Shown here: in pieces, positions 46,601-59,406 of the stretch
Numbering within the stretch: position 1 is the stretch's first letter
Layout of the letters: every line of letters begins with the position of its first letter
Origin: Magallana gigas
Lineage: Eukaryota
DNA: 64,000 bases
Reading direction: 5' to 3'
Assembly (NCBI RefSeq): GCF_963853765.1
Contig: NC_088859.1
Location: 34,596,001-34,660,000 of the forward strand
Notes under the pieces: model-generated
What the model was told of the DNA's origin: nothing
The model's database searches: none
What the model saw: the letters and a program-made list of their open reading frames with translations, nothing else
Program-made: the position numbers and the translations under genes

Positions 46601-49600
46601 TGGTTTTGAGGTTTAGCCCTTGATTTAGTCCGGACTAAGCTTACGCCTGGACGTAGGCCTTTTTGAGAAACGGGCCCCTGAGGAAGATCAACTCCACCAC
46701 AGAAGACTCTTTGTGATTGTGCTCAGCGCAGGATGACATCTTCCTCTGACACTGCACTGGTTGGTCTGTGCTAGTCTACCACACTGGTAGTACAGCATGC
46801 AGTCAACAGCAACTTCTACAGTCCTAGGCTGACCATCAAGTGCACACAAGCCAGAGTCTTAGTTTTCAGCTCCAAAGCACAGGCAAGGTATGGTGTAGAC
46901 ATGTACATTTGGCACAGAATAGATGGCCAGAGTAAGGACTGTAGGCCCAATGGTACAGAGACTCTCTACTTTGCTGCATTGCAGACTGGAAGTTCATCTG
47001 GTGCATCAGACAAGATCCAGATGATCCAAACTGCTTACTGATCTTGCACCTTCAAAGCCAATATCCATGGAACATGTAGACCTTCAGGCAAGCTCCTTAG
47101 GAACACCCAAGTGACTACCTAACGGTGTGCATGCACTTGGTAGGCAGAGAAGTGTAAGAGGGGACACCAAAGCAGGTCAATAAACTGACACAATCTAACC
47201 TCACCCAGGGGATTGTGTGAAAGAACAGAATGGCCTTCATGTGTAATGGTGGCACTACTACAAGTCTACACCTGCCCTAACTATTAAGAGGACATGCATG
47301 AAGTACAAGTTAAATTTTTGTTCATCATTAGAAATGTATTACTTTTTTACTTAAGTATTAAGGTAGCTCCATACTCGTAAAATTCTCTGAGGAAAGTTGA
47401 AAAACCGAACTGATTTCGACTTAATAGACTTAAATGTCATCAATTGTTAGAAAAAATATACATGTCATCACACTTTTTGAGATGCCAGATGAACACAAAC
47501 TAAAGCATATTTAAGCATTAGAAAAATGTGTTTTTTTTCTGTTAAAAGTAAAATCTTGTAGGCAGAAATTTGTTTTTCTTGTTTAATTTTAATGTCAACT
47601 TTATCAGAAAACTAAAATTACAAAAATATTTTAAAATTAATCGTTGGAATAAGAAAAACTATAGCATTTAGACATACAACTGAGAGAAAAGTCAGAAAAA
47701 GAGTTATTTCCCCTTTGCATAGATAAAATATATAAAAATTTGGAAATTAAGTATAAAATTAAGTGCGAAAATATCTTTAACCAACCAATAATTCTAATTA
47801 CATCCATGTGATTATATTCACATAAAATAAATAAAACTATCTTGCACAATTTTTAAAGAATTCAAAGTTTTACAAAAAAGTGTGACGTCACAGAACACTG
47901 GATCTACTTTAAACAATAGAAAAACTAAGAAAACTTAAATTTGACCGTAATCATGACCATGCCCCCTTTGAACTGCACAATGCTAGTAGATACATATACA
48001 ATACTTCAACTTAAGTCACTCAGGGCATTATATCTCATGCATGTGGGTTCTGTAAAAGAATTCACTTTCAATTGAAAATTGAATGCTTTTCCCCCCAAAA
48101 TCCAATTGAAAAACTCCCAAAATTACAGTGTTGTATTGTGCCATAAAATTTTGTACCTATGCTGAGTGAGACACCCTTATACAATGTCAATTAAAATATC
48201 TGAGTGTAATGCCCCATATCGTTAGTTATGATGAAAACAATACTTTAATGATTTAAAAATATGTAATATGCAAATGAAAAGCGAGAAAACTGTAGAATTT
48301 TTGTTTTCTGTCAACTTGTGTTGAGTATATTTGTTAAACCGTTTTTCATAAAAGAGCATTTTGTCAACCATAAATTTCCAATTGAAAGGGTACAGGACCC
48401 TGCACCTAAAAGGGTAAATCAAGCCCTGTCACTGTCACAAAGACTTCCATAACAAGTGAACTATAAATGAGAAATGAAAAAAATTTTAAAAATCCATTTC
48501 ATATCCAAAAAAAATTTATAATTTGAAAATCAAAATATTAGACAAGATTTGCCAATGTCTGAGACAAACTTTTTTCAGATGTTATACAGTATCATAAAAT
48601 GGCACAAAACTTGTGTCTGATGTATTCTGACTCAGAATTGGATGATTTTAGTAATTTCCTCTCTTTAAAAAAAAAAATCAATATGATTTTGGTATTCAAT
48701 ATCCTTCACAGAAACAGAAGTCCATGTTGCATATAAATTAAAAGAATTTTAATACTAGAACCAGACATGGGTATAATAACTATAATGATAGTTATAAAAG
48801 GAGAAGGTGGAAAAGCATAGTGTCCCTAAATATAGTAGTTCTATACTATATAATAGTCTGTCCCAGGATATTTATGCAGCGCATTTTTTAACATTATTTG
48901 ATATTTATAAATACCTGAGGGTTAAAACGATGTTCATTCAACAGTATGAAAAAATCCCCTGCCAAGATTCCTCCTTTGAAACACCCCTTTTACATGTAGT
49001 TTGTCTGGTTTTAATATACACAGCTAAAAAATAAAAAGTCTATGGGGACTTTGAATTGCAACAAATTTTAAAATGTAAGTACCCGGATTATAACATTGAA
49101 AACTTGTGCAAGGCATTCTGAGTGGCTTTCAAATGTAAATAAGATCTAATAAAACATTTACCATTATAAATTTCCATGTGAAATCTGTTTTTGGTCCTTT
49201 GAATTTTTCCGATTAAAAAATGATAATGTGTCAATGAAGATATCTTGGATATTTTCCCTTTAAACGATCTCAAGTGCACTTATTTCACAGATTTTTGTAT
49301 TTTTATCAAATATTGTTCAAATGTGCTGCAAAAATAACAGACTATATATACAGATAGATGTAGTTTCCCTAAGGGAAAAATGGGCCCATGGTTATTCTTC
49401 CTAAAGGGAAATACCAGGCCAATATTTCTGGGGGGGGGGGGGGAGTCTAACCCTGGGGAAAGTCTATGCTACAACACCTGTGTTAACAAAAATGAAAGCA
49501 TTCGCTAACAATGTAAGTAAAGTAACAATACAATAACTGGAAGCAGCTAGTATTCTCAGTACTTTGATTATTACCAGTGGCATTATTAAGGTTATTTCCC

Positions 49601-49893
49601 CTAGCACTAGTTCAAACGTAGTGGATTGTTTACGTTGTTTTGTGAAGGATTGTTTACGTTGATTTTTTTTTAAAATTAAATCTACACTTTAGTAAATTGT
49701 AGGCCTACAGATCGATGCCGATGGCTGGCCTGAAATGAATGCTCGAAAATTTTACCTTTCCTGCATAGTGACTTAATGGAACTATTTTCTCTCCTTGCTT
49801 TACACTAAAGCTGAAAAAATTATCGGAGGTTTCTACAGTTGTCAAATAGAACAACATTAGGAGCATCATGACGGGGTTGATGATGTTGACCAT
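40658..49893 (-). CDS. GPX7: Glutathione peroxidase 7-like (Cys-type, ER); exons 49893-49756, 43047-42918 (5' edge uncertain), 41653-41539, 40827-40658
   Basis: Signal peptide then ...PLSHYAGK|; ASECGYT...FTVLAFPCNQFGNQEPG; SYNEILSFAKKNYNVNFPIFSKVDV; PTWNFWKYLVDENG; C-terminal RGEL* (KDEL-like). Active-site codon is TGT. The expected V-x-LVVNV between exons 1 and 2 was not found. Confidence 0.85.
42310..42596 (+). mobile_element. HINE-like element in a GPx7 intron
   Basis: AACAAGA start, GACC/GACA repeats, 3' hairpin CCCTCCCTTC-TTC-GAAGGGGGG. Confidence 0.65.
43722..46677. mobile_element. PIF/Harbinger-type non-autonomous element (~2.96 kb) with nested MITEs
   Basis: CTG|GGGCCCGTTTCTCAAAAAGGC ... 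GCCTTTTTGAGAAACGGGCCC|CTG (3-bp CTG duplication); subterminal TTAGTCCGACTAA-type repeats at both ends. Confidence 0.85.
44460..44636. mobile_element. Palindromic MITE (piggyBac-like ends) nested in the Harbinger element
   Basis: TTAA|CCCCTTCACGGTAACTGCGGTACTGCTCT... pairs with ...AGAGCAGTACCGCAGTTATCGTGAAGGGG. Confidence 0.75.
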
Positions 49894-50416
49894 CTTCCAC
49901 GTGTGTCATTACATTGCGGTGTGCGAAACGTTTGTTTATGCTATATTTTCAAGAGTCGAATCAAAGCATTTTTGCACACTGACAATGCACTTCATAGGCG
50001 GATCTAAAGGTATTGTTGTAGGTTATAGCAAATTAATATTTTTTGCGGAAGCAGCGATTATTCGGTATTGTTCAAATATGTGACTGCCTATTTAACAGTT
50101 TAAGTCAATCAAACCTGTAATCTGTAATAGGTTAATTCATCTAACAACTCTCAACTCTCAATATATAAATCTATTTTAATCACGTAAATGTAACATACAT
50201 GTTAACATAAACATCGCTAGAAATGCGCACTTATTGAAAAAAAAATTAAAGAGCATTTGCAGATCCAGAATTATCTTTTTCCCAGGATGCCAAGGGGCGG
50301 GGATGGGCGGGTTGGTAGTCCTAAACCTTTTTCGGTTTTCGGGGTGGGGGGGGGGGGGGGGTCAGAAGTCACCCCACCGAAGCCTCTCTCTTTATATCCA
50401 TGCATAGAGAGTCCTG

Positions 50417-50629
50417 GGCTGCGTTTTACAAAAGAACTTATGACTTACGACCAAATTAATGAATGCTTATTAATTACAAACTAATCAATATTTGGTGAAT
50501 TTATTGGCTATTAAAGATAAGAACAGCAATCAAAATGAGGGTAAAATAATGATTTTTTTTTTTAAATATTAACATTCTGTGAGACTGAAAATATTTACGA
50601 CCCTGTCGCAAGTTCTGTAAAACTGACCC
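50417..50629. mobile_element. Harbinger-type MITE
   Basis: CTG|GGCTGCGTTTTACAAAAGAACTT ... AAGTTCTGTAAAACTGACCC|CTG. Confidence 0.65.
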
Positions 50630-50879
50630 CTGAATTCGAAGTTACTTAAAAAAAATTAATTAATAAAGAATGTTTAACATGCATGGCTGTAATTCAATGT
50701 ATTAGTTGGTTCCTCAAACCTGTTTGGCACATCCAATGAAGAGCAGTGAAATGGTAAAAATTTTCTTTTCAATGGAATGTTCTAAACTTTGTATCGAACG
50801 TCAATTGTTACACAAGTCACGCCCATTTCTTTTAAAACGAGGAAAATAGTATTCGTTTCAATGTATATGTACCTTCTTG

Positions 50880-51723
50880 GACGTACCGTTTCCATTTTTT
50901 AGGACGGTTTTAACATGCACACACTTCGAATTTCCTTGCGGGAAAATACTCCCCATTGCACTTTACGAGTTACACTATTTTGCCATTCTCTATTAGTTAC
51001 CGAATTTATTTAACAAGAATCTTAGAACATTTTGGCATGAATAACTGGGTTATGTTTGATATTTAAAATGCAAATGAATGTAAGAACATTTTCACTTTGA
51101 AAGAAAAAAAGGGGTATTAAAATCGACATACATGTAAAACATGTTTTTAACTCATGTGGTTTATCAAATGTTTGGCATAGTCAGTTTTTAAATATTGTTA
51201 ACCAAAAATGGGTTTCAACGGCAGTCAAACAAAGATTACAAGATCAATTTATTCCAAAGTGGCATGCTGATATAAATAACTCATCAAAAGGAGTAATATA
51301 TAAAACCTTTAAAACAAATTTTGGATATGAAAAATATTTAGATATTTTACCCCTGAATTTCAGAAAAATTCTTAGTAAATTTCGTACTTCAAATCACCAT
51401 CTACCAGTTGAACTGGGAAGATGGAAGGGTATCCCATTTTTCGGTTAGACCAAATGTGTTAAAATATTCGTATCTTATGACAACATGTAATATGAAATTG
51501 TTGAGAAAATTATGTATATTTATAACAAAGATATACGAGGTAGTCTGTCCTCCATGAGTTTCATTTTGTATAACTTTTCCTAACTCTCTAACCCTTATAT
51601 TTATATATGTTTATCTCTGACCAATTTATAATTTATATGTATATTTTAATGTTATTTTTTGTCCTCATGTACCATATGTTTGAAATGGTTTTGAGCGAAT
51701 AAATGAACTGAACTGAACTGAAC
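50880..51723 (+). mobile_element. 5'-truncated LINE fragment (L2/CR1-group ORF2 C-terminus plus tail)
   Basis: Translates as DQFIPKWHADINNSSKGVIYKTFKTNFGYEKYLDILPLNFRKILSKFRTSNHHLPVELGRWKGIP; ends AATAAA(TGAAC)n at ~51698-51723. Confidence 0.8.
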
Positions 51724-52791
51724 CCTTGGACCCTGGACATGTTGACAAAAGCTGCATCCCGATTTTTAATTATATGTAATTATGTCTTTTATGTTGTTTA
51801 TGAAATCATCTTTATAGCATTAAACGGTGTACTTTCAAAATATTGAATTGTACATTCCTCGTTTCAAAAGAGATGGATGTGTCTTATGTAACAATAATTT
51901 TTATTGACGTTCGATACGAAGTTTTGAACATTGCATTCAAACGAAAAATTTTACCACCTCAATGCGCTTCATTGTATATAACCATGTTATGTAACATGGC
52001 AGCATTTACGTCCGCTCCGGTACTTAGTGAGCCTAAACAGTGTATGTCTCAAATAAGTGCTTCATACAGATAGAATAACATAAACACTTTTTAAGGCCAA
52101 CCCGATTTGCAGTTACTCTTAATTTCAAGAACTAAAACTTCATGTTCATGTAGTACATGTCTCTACAGATCGGGGAGAGGGCATGCATGTATGAAACAGG
52201 GAGTCAAATAGGTTTCGTCGTGAAGATCCGTCTAGAAATATGTATGACTGCGTTGCCATAGAAATGATCATTGTAACGTGTAGTAAAAGCATCATCATTA
52301 AAATATTGATTGCCGTTCGTATTGATTTTCCTCTATGTTCGGAGCTTAGCATATTGCAATAAGTATGCCACTAGGTCTCATGATGAAAAAGACTGTCACC
52401 AAACGAAGTAAGGGATAACTTCGTCGGTGAAATTGATAGGGTAGAACAATTTTAATTTGTTCTTTTTATTCATACTTGACCGGACAGTTCTCCTGGGTAT
52501 AGAACCGGAACGGACATTTAAAAACACAGCATTTTACTGCTCTATTGTCATTCTACTCGAATCCAACACAACATACGGGTATGTGAAATCATAGCCATTG
52601 AATTGGGATTTAATTATTCGTTAAAATGTGTTAGTTCTACTCGCCTACTGAACTCTCCGAGTTGTCCATGTGCGTACTTGTAAGATATGGATTATACGTG
52701 ATTGCTGGACATCAGAAATAATGTTTGATATGCACAGGTAACCTTTTTACCTTTATACCACATCTCTCTTTTCAATTGTAACCTTAACAAG

Positions 52792-52796
<5 letters not shown>

Positions 52797-52860
<64 letters not shown>
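52797..52860. repeat. (TC)n microsatellite
   Basis: Uninterrupted TC run. Confidence 0.95.
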
Positions 52861-52863
<3 letters not shown>

Positions 52864-53817
52864 CCACCCATAAGATAAACAAAAAATAGTCATAAATTTT
52901 ACTGTTTGATGATCACACTTCCTGAGTGCTTTTAATTTATGGCCGAAGAGTAATCTGGGAAAGTTTTAATGCAAACGCTTTAAATGCATTACTTATAATA
53001 ACCTTAATTGACTTGTACGAACAAAGACGTACTGCATATTGACATCATGTATCAACGCATTAGGTTGATACTAGAAGTGGGTGTGGAAGGGAGGGGGTTA
53101 AATAGCTCAAGGAGTAATATTTCTACATGTACATTCTCATACACTCATTTCACTTTCAGTATCATTCATATCAAGTGGAGAGCCACTTTGCCTCAATAAT
53201 GATATTTTTCCACACCCCAATGTTTCGAGACCAAATCAAGAATAATAAGGCACAGCAAAATAGCAGGTCTTGCTCGACTTGATTTAGTGTTGGGAAATTG
53301 AAGCGTTTCTATGACAGGTGGACCATATCATTGGGAGTTTACAATTTCCCTCGGGTACCCCTGTCAAATTAAAATTCACACTCGCGTCCCTTCTACAATA
53401 ATCTGCATTGTTTCTTACAATTCAGGGTTTTCAAAGGAATGCCTATGGGTTTAGGTAAGTTCGAGTTCACTTTTAAGTCTTATTTCCGGTTGGCATATAC
53501 AAGCGTTGATCCAACAGTAATGTCAAAGATGCGATAAAAATTAATGTCAAAGATGCAATAAAATCGTGATAAATCAGCGTAAAGTGACAAAAAAGTATGG
53601 TTTGAGATTTCTAAATATTTCAATTCAGATCTTACGATAATTTTTTCTTAAGATAATATATTTTATAGAGCGTGAGGAGAGGCTACACGTTGCACACTAG
53701 CAACCTCCTTTTTGGATCCACGGCGCTCAGCTATACTTCATAATTAAGTACATTATAAAAATTGGCCACGATGCTCTGTTCACATATTTTTTATAAACTA
53801 TCTTTTTCCATATTCAA

Positions 53818-54474
53818 CATTGTGCCGGATATTATGCCAGTGCTAAGGTGGCATTTTATGCACCCGCTTTAGATGCAGTTTCGTAAAAATCCATAAATAT
53901 CATATGATACATTCTCTATAGAGTATACACCTGTATAACCACTTTTGTTTTAGCGTGTCTCACCTGGCAGGGGAAATCTTTACCTTTAAAAATTATTATC
54001 CCATGCATAGGAAAATAATAATTCCCTAGGAGAAATGATTTTCCTACAGAAAATAATGAAAATCCTAAAGGATTAATATTTCCTGCAGGAATATGCTTCA
54101 AACAAGTAGTTTTCTCATTGGAAATTAAGATTTCCCATCGGATATTAAAATCCTATGGGAGTTTTGTTCAAACTCTTATGTAATTAAAATTCCTAGAGGA
54201 AGTTCTTTTATTCCGGTAGGAAATTCAAAATATCCAATAAGAAAATTGTTTTTCCTATGAAAAAATTATTTCCTGCAGGAATTTATTTCTTAAAGGTTAC
54301 TAGTATTAAACATATCGCCGGACAGGTGAGATATATCAAAGACAAAGGTGGTTATAGACTCTTTAAACAATGGTCTATCATATGGCATATTTTTAATTTT
54401 CCGATACATGTACATGCAGCTTACACAGGTGGAAAAATGCCACCTTGGCACTGGCATAATTATTCGGCACAGTG
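53818..54474. mobile_element. TIR element (non-autonomous DNA transposon)
   Basis: CATTGTGCCGGATATTATGCCAGTGCTAAGGTGGCATTTT ... AAAAATGCCACCTTGGCACTGGCATAATTATTCGGCACAGTG; no clear target duplication. Confidence 0.8.
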
Positions 54475-56182
54475 TTATTTCTCGAGCTCATCAGAACAAC
54501 TTTTATGAGTATTTATATAAAATATAGTATTGAGTTTCTCCTCAATTGGTAAAGCAGCTGTTCTCAAAATTGATTTTATCTTCTGTAGGTTTTCTTAGAT
54601 TTTACTTTTTTTACTCTTGATCTTGTATCTTAGTATTGTAAGGTTCAATATGACGATATATTTCATTTGTGTATTAGATTTAGCGCTGTGTAAGGCGTGT
54701 TCCAGTGTGTCCAATCTTTAATGTGGCCCTGGCCTATGAAAACAGAGGACTGTCGTAGTCATCACACAATTAATGCAAACTAATTGTAATTTTATGCATT
54801 CAGTTTGTGAATGCACGATTAGGACTCTGCTAAAGTACTTAAGCAGACGTTTGTCTTACAATTTTGGATATTTTGTTACAGTACTGGTTTGACAGAAATA
54901 AACATGATATAGTGGATAGTTCGGAAAAATGATTAAATTGCGACAGAGGGAAAATAGCGATTGATTTTATTCATTTCTATAGCAATGGCTATACATGTGT
55001 ATGTATATATTGTTACGATGAGTCAATACCAGACAGCTTACTTTTTGTAGTTATCATTATTTGAAAAGCAGCAAAAGCTACATGACACTTTATCTTGGTA
55101 ACAATTGAATCACCTTCCTACTCAATATCACATCCTTATAAGAATGGACATAAAAAGCATCGGGTATATTGGTAAATTTACTGTGTACATAAGAGAAATC
55201 AGCATGTTTGACGTCCTTATTATTATGTATATCTAGAAGCAAACGGTTCTGGGGCTGAGAAGGAGGTGATCCCAGTCAAAGTACATGTACATGCATGTAG
55301 AAAATGCACGACTACTGAGGGGAGTCCATTATTGCTGTAACGACAGAGTATGTGTAAAGACATCTTCCCAAGTCAAGGGCTTCTGATCCGCTCCGCTGTA
55401 CATAAATATAAAGTAGAGCGGATCAGAAACCACTGACTTAATTGGGAAGATGGTGTATACATATAAAGAAAACGAATACAATCTTATTCAGCTTTTAGTA
55501 GATTTCAATCACCATTTAAGTTTAGTCCTTATATTTTGCTATCAGAGATAGATTTCAGTCTTCTATAAAACAACATATAATATGAATTTACTTAGACGTA
55601 TGCTTTCATTGTATTCATATTGTTTGTGTGTATATAAACGATATTCATGCATTTTACTTATCCGGGAATTTCATGAAATGATGGGGAGGTTACTGAATGG
55701 TGGAAATTTAAATGAAATGTTTGAAAAAAGAAAAAGAAAAGCCAAAGCACTTACTAACCCTGGGGAATTTCCGTTTCCATGAATTTTTTTTTATCAAAAT
55801 ACTAATTAAACCTCTTTTTTTTTTTTAAGGTATAAAACATGAATTTGTTTGTACATGCAGGGGTTAACATGAACGCGAAGTTTGAGATTTCTTTCACAAA
55901 TATGTGAAGTAGCCAATCAAAACATAGCTTGAATTATAAATTTATGATGAATTCTGATATTGTATATTCTATAATCACATTAAATCACACGTTTAAGTTA
56001 AAAGCATATTGCGATGCAAATTTATTCATATAACTGTTATAAAAAAGCAAACATCTATATTAAAAAAAGTGAAAACAGATGGGTGCGAAGATAAAAACAC
56101 TTCAGTTAATGATTATTTTCAGTTTATTTTTTCTCTCTTTTTTTCAGAGTTATCAGACAGCATTTATAAACACCGGAGTTGA

Positions 56183-57472
56183 ATGACCGGATGCACGATA
56201 AAGATGCGGTGTCTCAAAATCTTACTGGGCAGAACGCTACGGAATACTCTCATTCTTATGGCTATTTGCCTGTCATTGCTCAATATGATGAACTGGGTCT
56301 ACTATACCTATTCAGAAGAGCTCATTGAAACATACAACAAATACTCACCGCCGACAGGTGCAGTCTTTTTAACACGTTTTGCATCGAATTCATCGACTCC
56401 GAAATCGATTTCAAAACATCAAACCGCCACTGTGATACCCCAGAGTTTCGAAAGACGTTATCCGTTATTTGACCCAGGGGATAGCTATGACGATAACGGA
56501 ATCTACATGGAAGTGGGAGCCCCTCTTGATACCAAAGATGTGCGCAAAAAGAAACTAAATTTTGACCCTTCAAAGTATCCGCTGGAAGTAGATCTTGTTA
56601 AATTAACAAATTATATTTTTGAGGGAAAAAAGATTAAAAACAAACCGATCAACCCTCATCCGTATCAATTTGTGCACGAAGCTGCTGATGCGTGTCATAT
56701 TAAAAATCTCCATCTAGTTGTTATAGTGAAATCTAGAGCCAATAATACTAAGACCCGGGAAGTCATAAGGAAAACATGGGGCAACCCAACGATATACAGT
56801 GGGGTGGCTGTAATTTTTCTTCTGGGACAAATGCGTGGATGTGAGAAAAATATCTCTGAAGAAGCTCAAAGGCACAAAGATATTGTACAAGAGAACTTCG
56901 TCGACGATTACTCCAACAACACGCTAAAAACAATAATGGGGTACAACTGGGTAGTTCGCCATTGTTCCAACGCAAATTTCAATCTTTTCGTGGACGATGA
57001 TATCTTTGTGGTGGTGAAAAACCTCGACAATTACAGAAACAACAAAGACAAAGAACCCCGGATCATGGCCGGGAAACTTCTTCCTCGCTCGACCCCCTTC
57101 CGGGACAATGGGTCGAAGTGGTTTGTGAGTTGGGAGGACTACCCCTTTGACAGGTACCCGCCGTATCTCGCCGGCGGGGGCGTTCTAATGTCTTGGGACG
57201 TTACAAGAGCATTTGCAGCGGCCTTTCCCTATGTGAAAACAATATCAATTGATGATTCCTATCTAGGAGTCATTGCTAAAAAGCTCAATATAGCGCCTAG
57301 AAACCATGCTGGCATGGTGATCAGGAACCCTGGCAAAGACACAAAGTCCGCCATGACCATGAATTTTGGCAGCGTTGTTGCATTTCATCGCATTCCGTCC
57401 AGTGAGTCGATGCAGGCAACGTGGAATCAGTATACAGCTAAATATCCTATTACACCCAAGCCGAAAAGGTAA
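56183..57472 (+). CDS. Beta-1,3-galactosyltransferase family (GT31; brainiac/B3GALT-like), single coding exon, type II membrane protein
   Basis: 429-aa ORF with N-terminal TM segment and motifs VKS...REVIRKTWG, VIFLLG, DIVQENFVDDYSNNTLKT, FVDDD, YPPYLAGGG, IDDSYLG; strong acceptor (poly-Y CAG) at ~56147 in the 5' UTR. Confidence 0.93.
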   Translation: MTGCTIKMRCLKILLGRTLRNTLILMAICLSLLNMMNWVYYTYSEELIETYNKYSPPTGAVFLTRFASNSSTPKSISKHQTATVIPQSFERRYPLFDPGDSYDDNGIYMEVGAPLDTKDVRKKKLNFDPSKYPLEVDLVKLTNYIFEGKKIKNKPINPHPYQFVHEAADACHIKNLHLVVIVKSRANNTKTREVIRKTWGNPTIYSGVAVIFLLGQMRGCEKNISEEAQRHKDIVQENFVDDYSNNTLKTIMGYNWVVRHCSNANFNLFVDDDIFVVVKNLDNYRNNKDKEPRIMAGKLLPRSTPFRDNGSKWFVSWEDYPFDRYPPYLAGGGVLMSWDVTRAFAAAFPYVKTISIDDSYLGVIAKKLNIAPRNHAGMVIRNPGKDTKSAMTMNFGSVVAFHRIPSSESMQATWNQYTAKYPITPKPKR

Positions 57473-59368
57473 CGAGAGGCAATGCTAGCTGCCATAAAAT
57501 CTCTGGTCGTGTTAACTTATTGATGTCTGCAGTCTTTCGTATGATGGCGTTTTTATGATGGTCTAAGAATGGTGTTCCTAAGATTGTTATTGATTTTTCT
57601 CATTTACAGCCTTTTTGACGTTCCAGTTTTCATAATCGATAAGTTTTAATGTTTTTGTAACCCATTTTTCATCAAATCTGTGATATTATACTGTAGTCGA
57701 TCATGCAATGTTGCATGCCGTAAGACATATTTTGTTTTCCTGTGTACGACTTGTGTTCATTTAAAAAAAAAAATTCTACCAAATGAATACTCAGGAACAA
57801 GAAATAGGTGAGAATTATGTGACCAGATAGTCGTCAATATTATTGTAGTGACTGGACATTGGTTATGACTACCTTTAGATAAAGTCCTCAGATTTGAATT
57901 CTTTCTTAGGTCTATAGCCCAGTGTTACAGGATGCTGCTACTAATGCCCAGATAAAAAAAAAAAAATAAAACATGCAGGGTGTATTTACTCGCAATGATT
58001 TTTTACAAAAAATATTTTTTTGGCAAAATGGCATGCAAACTTCTTTTGAATCTTATGAATAGTAATTGTCACTTCACATGCTCAATTAACCTCCCTTGTG
58101 CATGCTTTATCTATTTCGACCGAGAAAGTGGAACAATAGGTACATTTATAAAGAGAGTATTTTGCCTCTTCTCTCTAGTTTCTCTTCGCTGCCCCTCCCC
58201 CCATTACCTTGCATAAACTAAATAATTCATATACTATATCAAGCTGTGACTGAAGAGAAGGCTAATGAGTTAATTGCCCGACCTTAAGTTATTTACATAC
58301 AAGTAAATATGTATAACGACACTCCAAGGTAACTTTTTTACTTTTGAGAATTATAAAATCAATCGGTTTATCCATAATTTAAGAGCGGAGCTTCTACTAT
58401 ACAGTAAAAATTGTAAATTTATACAAACTTCTTGATAAAAAAAATTCTTGCTACACGATAAACGCCTCATTTGAATTCAAACTGCAATAAAAATCATTGA
58501 ATAGTGTTGATACATCTTGCAATTATACTGATTTGTGTGCTGGTTTATGTCGTAAGAAGAAACTATACAAATGGTTGATCAATGGTATCCTGAGAGTAGG
58601 GGCATTCAGCATGCACTTTCCTAATTACTTACCATGCATTATTAACAGCCATATCCAGGGTTTTATTAAGCCCCTGTGAATGGCACTTTGTACAATTCCC
58701 TGCTAGTCTTCTCTAAATGGAGTAGAAAGTTCAAGAAGTGTTGGCGCGAGTTTCAATCGAACATGCTTGATGGTTTCATCAATTTTCGTAGATTTAAGGA
58801 GAAACACGGCGTCAAGAATACATAAATTCGTAGACAAGGAACTATTCAATACAATATTTTATTAAAAATGAATTCAATTTCGTGGACTAACTAAACAACG
58901 ATATTCACGAACATTAGCATTCAACAAATACTGGTGAAACCACAGTGGAACACTACCGCATTATGGGATGTATAGTACTATTAGTATTACATTTGCTCAT
59001 TACATGTACTTGTACCTGTCAGTGTATGGACGTCCCTGTTTTTATACCAAGTCTGTTGTTTTGTAATACACTTTATGATGACTACCACATGATATTTATA
59101 ACTTAAATTTATACATTGTATTTTGATAATAAAACATTCAAATCGTGAACAAATGTCACTTTTTTAATGTCAAATTCCTTTTTAAATAAAAAATTACTTA
59201 AAAAGAAAAGGACATCATACACTCAGTCCACTGGGCATACCAGCGTTTTGACTTAGTAATAGCTGTGGACAACTTACATGACATGTAGCTATTGGCTGTA
59301 GACGTCTTGTACTGAAAACATGTAATTCTGGGGCATGGGCATGGAAATATTGCCACACGGACGCACGC

Positions 59369-59406
<38 letters not shown>

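Noticed and set aside
47230-49170. Candidates for the missing GPx7 micro-exon (~47240 LVVV, ~48450 SLVMEV, ~49155 IMVNV)
   Set aside because: Wrong phase, in-frame stops or no donor site.
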